64,000 bases of DNA from Octopus vulgaris. Its lineage: Eukaryota. Shown here one piece after another: positions 55,641-64,000 of the stretch (position 1 is the stretch's first letter; each line of letters starts with the position of its first letter). The stretch covers positions 26,722,001 to 26,786,000 of the forward strand of contig OX597833.1 of assembly GCA_951406725.2 (NCBI GenBank), written 5' to 3'. The position numbers were made by a program, and so were the translations under genes. The notes below the pieces were generated by a model, which saw only the letters and a program-made list of their open reading frames with translations, had not been told where the DNA came from and ran no database searches.

Positions 55641-56499
55641 CACGTTAATTAAACTGAATACTCGTCGCCCAATCTAGCAGAGCATCCATCGTCATCCTCA
55701 TCAACGAAGGGAAGGACCATCCTCGGCTTCAATTCAATTCAAAATGTAAATAGACGTAACTAAATGCTGAAATTGATTCGACAATCGTGTAATCCTACTG
55801 TTCACCGCCTTTAATGATTATAAGAAGTATTAACAAAATATATTTGGAAAAACATCTTATATTCTTATTATATCGTTGAAGTTGTTTATGATAAAATCAC
55901 AATGGTAAGCTTCAATTATAGCTGCGAATAAAAAATGTTTTGCAAAATAATTACAAATGTCAAATGTAGTTATCGTTTCATCCAATGGTTGTTTTTTTCT
56001 TCATTCATACGCATACACATTCATATGCATGTGTAATTATATATTTGAATGCAATTATGTATTGGTGAAATGTCTATGCATGTATGAGCGTGTTAGACAA
56101 GAAGGAAATAAGAGAGTATTCGATACTGAAATTGGAGTGTGAAAATATAATATATTTATTTAAGTTGAACATTCAAATTTCTTAACTCTGAGTTTCACGT
56201 TTCTTTTTGTCAACGGAAATTTGAATAACGACACAGGATACCACTAAAACGAATATTCTAAAAACGAGGACAAAAAGGAAGTATTAGATTAGATGCGTAC
56301 GTGAAGATAAAATCGAATATATATATATAAAAATAAGATTGATAGGATGTCTATAGGGAAAAGGAATATTTAGTTTCTTGTAAAAAACAATTCCCCCCCC
56401 CCAAAAAAAAAACTGTTTATATATTGTTTAGTTCGAATAGGGTAATCAAAAAGAAAGACAGTTCTTCAAACAAATTTTAGTTTCTCCAGTCTACCACCT

Positions 56500-56990
56500 T
56501 CCTTAGACATTGCCTCCACCACAATCTTATTGCAAAAGTTCACCTATCTCATGCACTTCAACCTTCCAGTCTATCCCCACCAAAGTTTCCTATCTACTCA
56601 TGCAGGTCTTCATACAGTCGACTCATTGCTAATTCCACATATTGAACATCGACATTCTCAAAACTTGTCTCTTTCTTTCCTTTACAAATAATCAATAGTC
56701 AAATCTTAATGCATTGAATATTCCTCTTCATCCACAAATTTTATAGCTTTTAGTCTTCCTCTACTCCACTCATCTCCGTTCTCTAAGCCTTTCATCAAAC
56801 TTAATCATGTTTATTTAACTTCCTCTCACACCAAATCCAACAAGCTCCACCTTTTTGCAACAAGATTTTACGGCCATCCTTCAACCTCACCCTATTCTGA
56901 TTTTTCCCCCTAGCAAATCTCATATTCCAGAATCAGGAATACTCTGTTATCTTTGTCAACTCCAATTACTCAGCACTAGAATTCATTTTT
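56500..56990 (+). pseudogene. Possible decayed CR1/Jockey-like RT C-terminal fragment
   Basis: IEHRHSQNLSLSFLYK near 56641 resembles LxHRRxVAxLxLFYK; otherwise very degenerate. Confidence 0.35.
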
Positions 56991-59224
56991 TCTATCTTTA
57001 CTATCAGGTTGTCCGGGAAGTTCTCATAATTTTGCCAAATTTTTAGACGCCTCTCCTTACTGCGACTAATCCAGTATTACTGCCCCCACAACAAACTTAT
57101 ATAAGGCCAACAATTCCCGCTGCTACCTCGGTTTCACCACACTATATTCACCCTATCGATATTTAATCTGCATCCTCCACTTGCAATTACTTCACCTCCA
57201 CAAACTCTGTTGCCGCTACTCTGACTGTGAGACTGGATCTTAAGGTGTGATCCCTCACTTCGCATCAAGGTCGCGCCTGCATGACTCTACATCAAGCTGA
57301 CCGCACACATACCTGCATTATAAACTGCATCTCTGCCCTCACTCATCGTACTCACCTCACTATGAAGTGCATTTATTTCTCACCATCTTACCTTTCCGCC
57401 GCACCACCATCGTCTGAAAGTTTCGATCACGCGCCGTTACATCCAGTTATTCTCCGTTCTAGCATTTTCTACTTTATACTCACTTGCAATTTGCGTGAAT
57501 TACTGATTGAAGTTCCACCCTACGCTCCACACACCTCGGATCATTTACATGCTTCCATTCAGGTTTATGTGCTTGTCCCTTCCTCATCCGAGTCATTACT
57601 CATACAGAACCGTAACAAGTACTTCTACGCGAAGAACCGGAAGGCATAAGCATCTCATAAATTGCATCAAATACCGATTATGTGACGAGGTAAAAAGGGG
57701 GAGACTGACCGGAAAGCAGCTGTTAAGTTTAGCGAGTAACTTCAGGAAGTCCAAGTAAATCACATGCGTTTACCTGTCACATGTTTGTCCTCTCTTGACC
57801 TACCATGCTTCTCGGCAACTCTTCGTCTCAGGCTTTTCGATACGCCACTGCTCCCCAATACTCGGATTACATCGTAAACAATAAATTTTTCGCCTGGGTG
57901 AAAGACAACCAGAGACGATGAAAAAAATATAGTTTGTTTTCCTCTTGCTACATATGTACACACCAGCACATATACACACGCACACACACACATGCACACA
58001 CACACCATCGACCTACTACATACATCATCCACAAACATGTCGCACTACACACGTACGCATGATGGCATGTGCACTTAACGCCATACACAAAATACAAACA
58101 TATATACGTTAAACTTAATCCTACTTCATGTTCATGCAAACGTAGTCACATAGCAGCGCATACCATTAATATGTATATACACACACGCTCACACACGGAG
58201 GCGTATACTCACATAACGTGCATGAATCTACACAACATATCACGCGCGCGCACACACATACGCGCGCACGCACACAAGACTTTGCTACAAATAATCTCCC
58301 TTTATAATAGTTCTCTTAGATGTGAAACTCTTTTATTCTTCTAATCTCTTACGTCTCATATTCATTAAACATACAGTCACACAAACAACTCGTGTAATTT
58401 CTTTCTTCTTCTGTTCTTTGTTCCTTCGTGATGAAGGGGATCATCGACTTCAAGAGGGAAAACATTTCTCTCTCTTACTTATTCGAACGTTTGTTTTTTT
58501 CCCGAGACATTTCTGTATGTGTGAGTGCATGTCTGTGTGCTTGTGTGTGTGTGCATATTTGTGTGGGTGTGTTTGTGTGTGTGTTTGTGTGGGTGTGTAT
58601 GCATGTCCTTCTCTCTCTCTCTATTAATATATATAAAGGATAAAATTATTATAAAATTATTGTAATAATAATATCAGTGGCCAGCAACCGTAGAGGTAAA
58701 AATTTAAATTTAAATTATATATAAATATATATAATTTATACATAAGCCACCACATTTGTGACTATGTGAATTTATATATCAAATAAAATCTCATGTGACG
58801 TTATCGATCCGAACCGAATGAGGGGAGGATGAAATGCCTTGCGGGAGTTCTTTTAACGCTTAAATCTCTTGAATTCAAATCTCTCCTATACCAATTTTAT
58901 CGTTCATCCCTCAGGCTTAGTAAAGCAATCTACAAGTCAAGTACCTAAAGTGGCCAAGACTGCTGGTTGTGTGCCTAAATTAGAAACAATTAATTAAAGA
59001 ATTGCTATGAGCAAGGCAGCAGAAATTTATCGAATCTGGTTTTCACAGAGACCGTGAGAACTACAGCTCCAACAGATGATGTCTTTCAAAGACGAGAAGT
59101 AATCGTAAAATTTGACCGTATGCGTCTTCTACTGTTTGAATATTTAACAGGCATTAACTGATTTTGTGGGATAAATATAATGATAATGCTAGTAATAATA
59201 ATGATGTCAATATCAATGATAATC

Positions 59225-59398
59225 CGTTCTAATATAGACATAAGGCCTGGAATTTGTGGGGAAGGGGGATAGTCGAGCACATCGACCCCGAAGGATGAAA
59301 TGTAAACTCAGCCACAGCGAAATTTGAACTTAGAACGTAGTGAGGGCGAAATACTGCTAAGAATTTCGTCCAGCGTGCTAACAAGTCTGCCAGCTCGC
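59225..59398 (-). mobile_element. SINE family B
   Basis: Reverse complement of the family B consensus, adjacent to (AAT)n. Confidence 0.8.
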
Positions 59399-59399
59399 G

Positions 59400-59512
<113 letters not shown>

Positions 59513-59641
59513 AATAAAAAGAAGAAGGAGAAGAAGAAGAAAAATGGTTCAAATTTCGGTGGAGAAGTAAGAGAATTACATTGAACCCAGTGCTCAACCG
59601 GCACTCAATTTAACGAACCAGCTTTCATTCATCATAATAAC

Positions 59642-61657
<2,016 letters not shown>

Positions 61658-61658
<1 letters not shown>

Positions 61659-62213
61659 GCCCTGATGCAGTACCAGGCAGTGGCTCTTATGGCTTCTGAT
61701 TTTAACTGATTGGAAGTGTTATCATGTACATTGTTTTGTCTTGGTATAAAAGATGCTGCTACAGCAAATATTCTGCTCAATACCACAGATTTGCTTGTCA
61801 GTTGTTTGACCTTAACCAGTTGAGCATGTCCCTTAGTGGCTGACGATATGTGCATCTCTGATCACGAGCAGAAGTAGTGGGGGAGCATCATAGCCATGTG
61901 TTGAGAGGGAGTCTTTGGGGTTTGAATAATTCACCTCTGGAAACATGGGTGGTTCTTTCAACATCCTTAAACAACCCTTATTCAGGGACCTTTTGAGCGG
62001 GATGGGCTACTCAACCTGAAGAAAATTCTAACTGGGCCCCACCTGCAAGGTCATGTGCTGTTTATCTTGATATGAGATCACAATATCGCGCACATATGGT
62101 TGTGATGCATGTGTCTGGTGTACCCTTATCAAACGGGTAGTCATGATGGGTATATTGGGCTTCGTATATTTTACCCCAGTGTCACTTTGATGGCATGAAC
62201 TGCTCTCTCACTC
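61658..62213. mobile_element. Full-length 556-bp non-coding element embedded in (AAT)n
   Basis: Termini shared with 4199-4503; no credible ORF; (AAT)n on both sides. Confidence 0.85.
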
Positions 62214-62277
<64 letters not shown>

Positions 62278-62570
62278 TTTTTGAAAGGATTGACATTATT
62301 TCTTCACAATGGTAAACAGTCAAGGCAGTCTGCTGGCTGTGGACAGCTGACACTTTCCATGATACCCAGCAAAATAAACTGTGAGTTTTAATACAATAAT
62401 AATACAAATGTCTTTTTTAAAGTCGATTTTACATCATTGTAACTAGAATCGTATCAATATAGAAATGTATACCTCTTTTCACGTTACACTCCTTATGATT
62501 CTTTCAGTTTGCTTGAAATGATCTCTGGTTTATAATCTCTCACGCCCTCTCTCACTCTTCCTTTCTCTCT

Positions 62571-62613
<43 letters not shown>

Positions 62614-63116
62614 TTTCCTTTTCTCCCTTCTTTTGTGAGGAGATTTTTTTTTATTGCCGGATAGGATTGCAATTTGTTACACAAACGGTCACTGAAACTC
62701 ATTTATACGTTGGTTATCAGTTTATCGACTTGGTGAAGTTCATTAAAATCGACGCATAAAAAGATGTAACAATATTCAACAGCATATTTTTCTCTGCACT
62801 TTCATTTATTTGTCATTCTGATTACTTCTTCTTTTTCATCTTTTGGTTCCGCAAATTATTTCTCCTTAATGTATAATATATATTTAAATTGATGAAAAAA
62901 TTTTAGTCATGATGATAAACGCTTCGCAGGAATACTGAAACGCGAGAATTGATTTAAACATCTCTGCTGTATAACGAAAATTGTATGTAGAAATGAAAAG
63001 TCGTCATTTCAGACTAATTGGATGTTCGCCTTTTTTCGAAGATCCGAGTGTGAATATCCTGTTTGAACACACGCACTCACACTCGCACACACTCACATGC
63101 ACATAATTCTATGTGC

Positions 63117-63164
<48 letters not shown>

Positions 63165-63172
63165 CTATGTGG

Positions 63173-63224
<52 letters not shown>

Positions 63225-63254
63225 ATGTCTATATATATATATATATATATATAA

Positions 63255-63432
63255 AGTTAATCCAAACATGATAACACAAAGAGAAAACACAACAACGCGA
63301 GGACGTGGAACAAATATAGTATTATTGGACGCTCAGGAAGGAAGGAAAGAAGGAGGGCTTAACATTTCGAGCGGACCTCTTCGTCAGTAACATAGGAAAA
63401 GGAAAGATCCAAAAAAGGGAAGACGGAGGATA
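63255..63432 (-). mobile_element. Short PLE-derived element with decayed minimal hammerhead
   Basis: Homologous to 46393-46566; CTGACGA-A-GAG[GTCCG]CTC-GAAA-TG-TT. Confidence 0.75.
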
Positions 63433-63445
63433 AAAAAAAAATATA

Positions 63446-63478
<33 letters not shown>

Positions 63479-63601
63479 GTGCATACATATATATATATGA
63501 ATATATATCATCATGAATGTATACTAAGCACACACGCGCACACATGCATACGCACGCACGGGCGCACATGTGTGTGTGTATGTGTAAATATATACATACA
63601 C

Positions 63602-63896
63602 GAAGGTGCATGGCTTAGTGACTAGAACGTTTGTCGTACGATCGTATGGGCGTAAGTTAGATCGACGGCGGTGCGTTGTGTCCTTAAGCAAAACACTTTA
63701 GTTCTCGTTGCACTAGTCCTTTAATTCAAACGGCCAGCTTTGTCACACTCTGTGTCGCATGAAATCTCCCTTAGAACTACGTTAAGGATTGGCGTGTATG
63801 TGGAGTGCTCAGCGGTTTGCACGTTAATTTCACCAAGCAAGTTGTTCAGTTGGCCGAATCATCTGAAATAATCGTCTTCATAACCGACAGAGACCC
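63602..63896 (+). mobile_element. Decayed tRNA-derived SINE
   Basis: GCATGGCTTAGTG head and GTTGTGTCCTTAAGCAAAACACTTT segment similar to family C. Confidence 0.6.
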
Positions 63897-64000
63897 AAGC
63901 CATACATAAAATTTTTAAAGTTGCTTGCTATGTGCTTTGCACATCACACTTGCTCAAAGGAATGAAGATTTTAAAAAGTGGCTAAGCGTAATTTTTTAAA

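Noticed and set aside
61658-61720. HDV-like or hammerhead ribozyme at the end of the 556-bp element (CCTGATGCAG...)
   Set aside because: I could not build the nested double pseudoknot or a complete hammerhead core by eye.

Overview
AT-rich eukaryotic DNA, intronic or intergenic, saturated with microsatellites. The SINE repertoire and the (TA/CA/AAT/GATA)n density suggest a coleoid cephalopod (Octopus-like) genome; this is an inference, no search was run. I found no intact host gene, and nearly all ORFs in the track are translations of microsatellites. Recognisable content: two 5'-truncated, decayed R4/Dong-clade RLE LINEs plus a 3' fragment, associated with (AAT)n/(GAA)n arrays; an unrelated 556-bp element with fixed ends in (AAT)n; several tRNA-headed SINE families; a foldback mariner remnant; a non-autonomous Helitron; a hAT MITE; decayed CR1/Jockey-like RT fragments; and a 1.45-kb L1/Tx1-like insert with a 17-bp target-site duplication (TSD) inside a SINE head. 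The most notable signal is a diverse set of short elements, mostly embedded in (TA)n and often palindromic, that carry minimal type I hammerhead ribozyme motifs. These include U3-A8 compensatory core variants, long stem II variants, and a tandem 363-nt unit with retrozyme/circRNA potential at 44.2-44.9 kb. A Penelope-type GIY-YIG endonuclease remnant lies at 23.5 kb. All structures were read by eye; catalytic activity and expression are untested.
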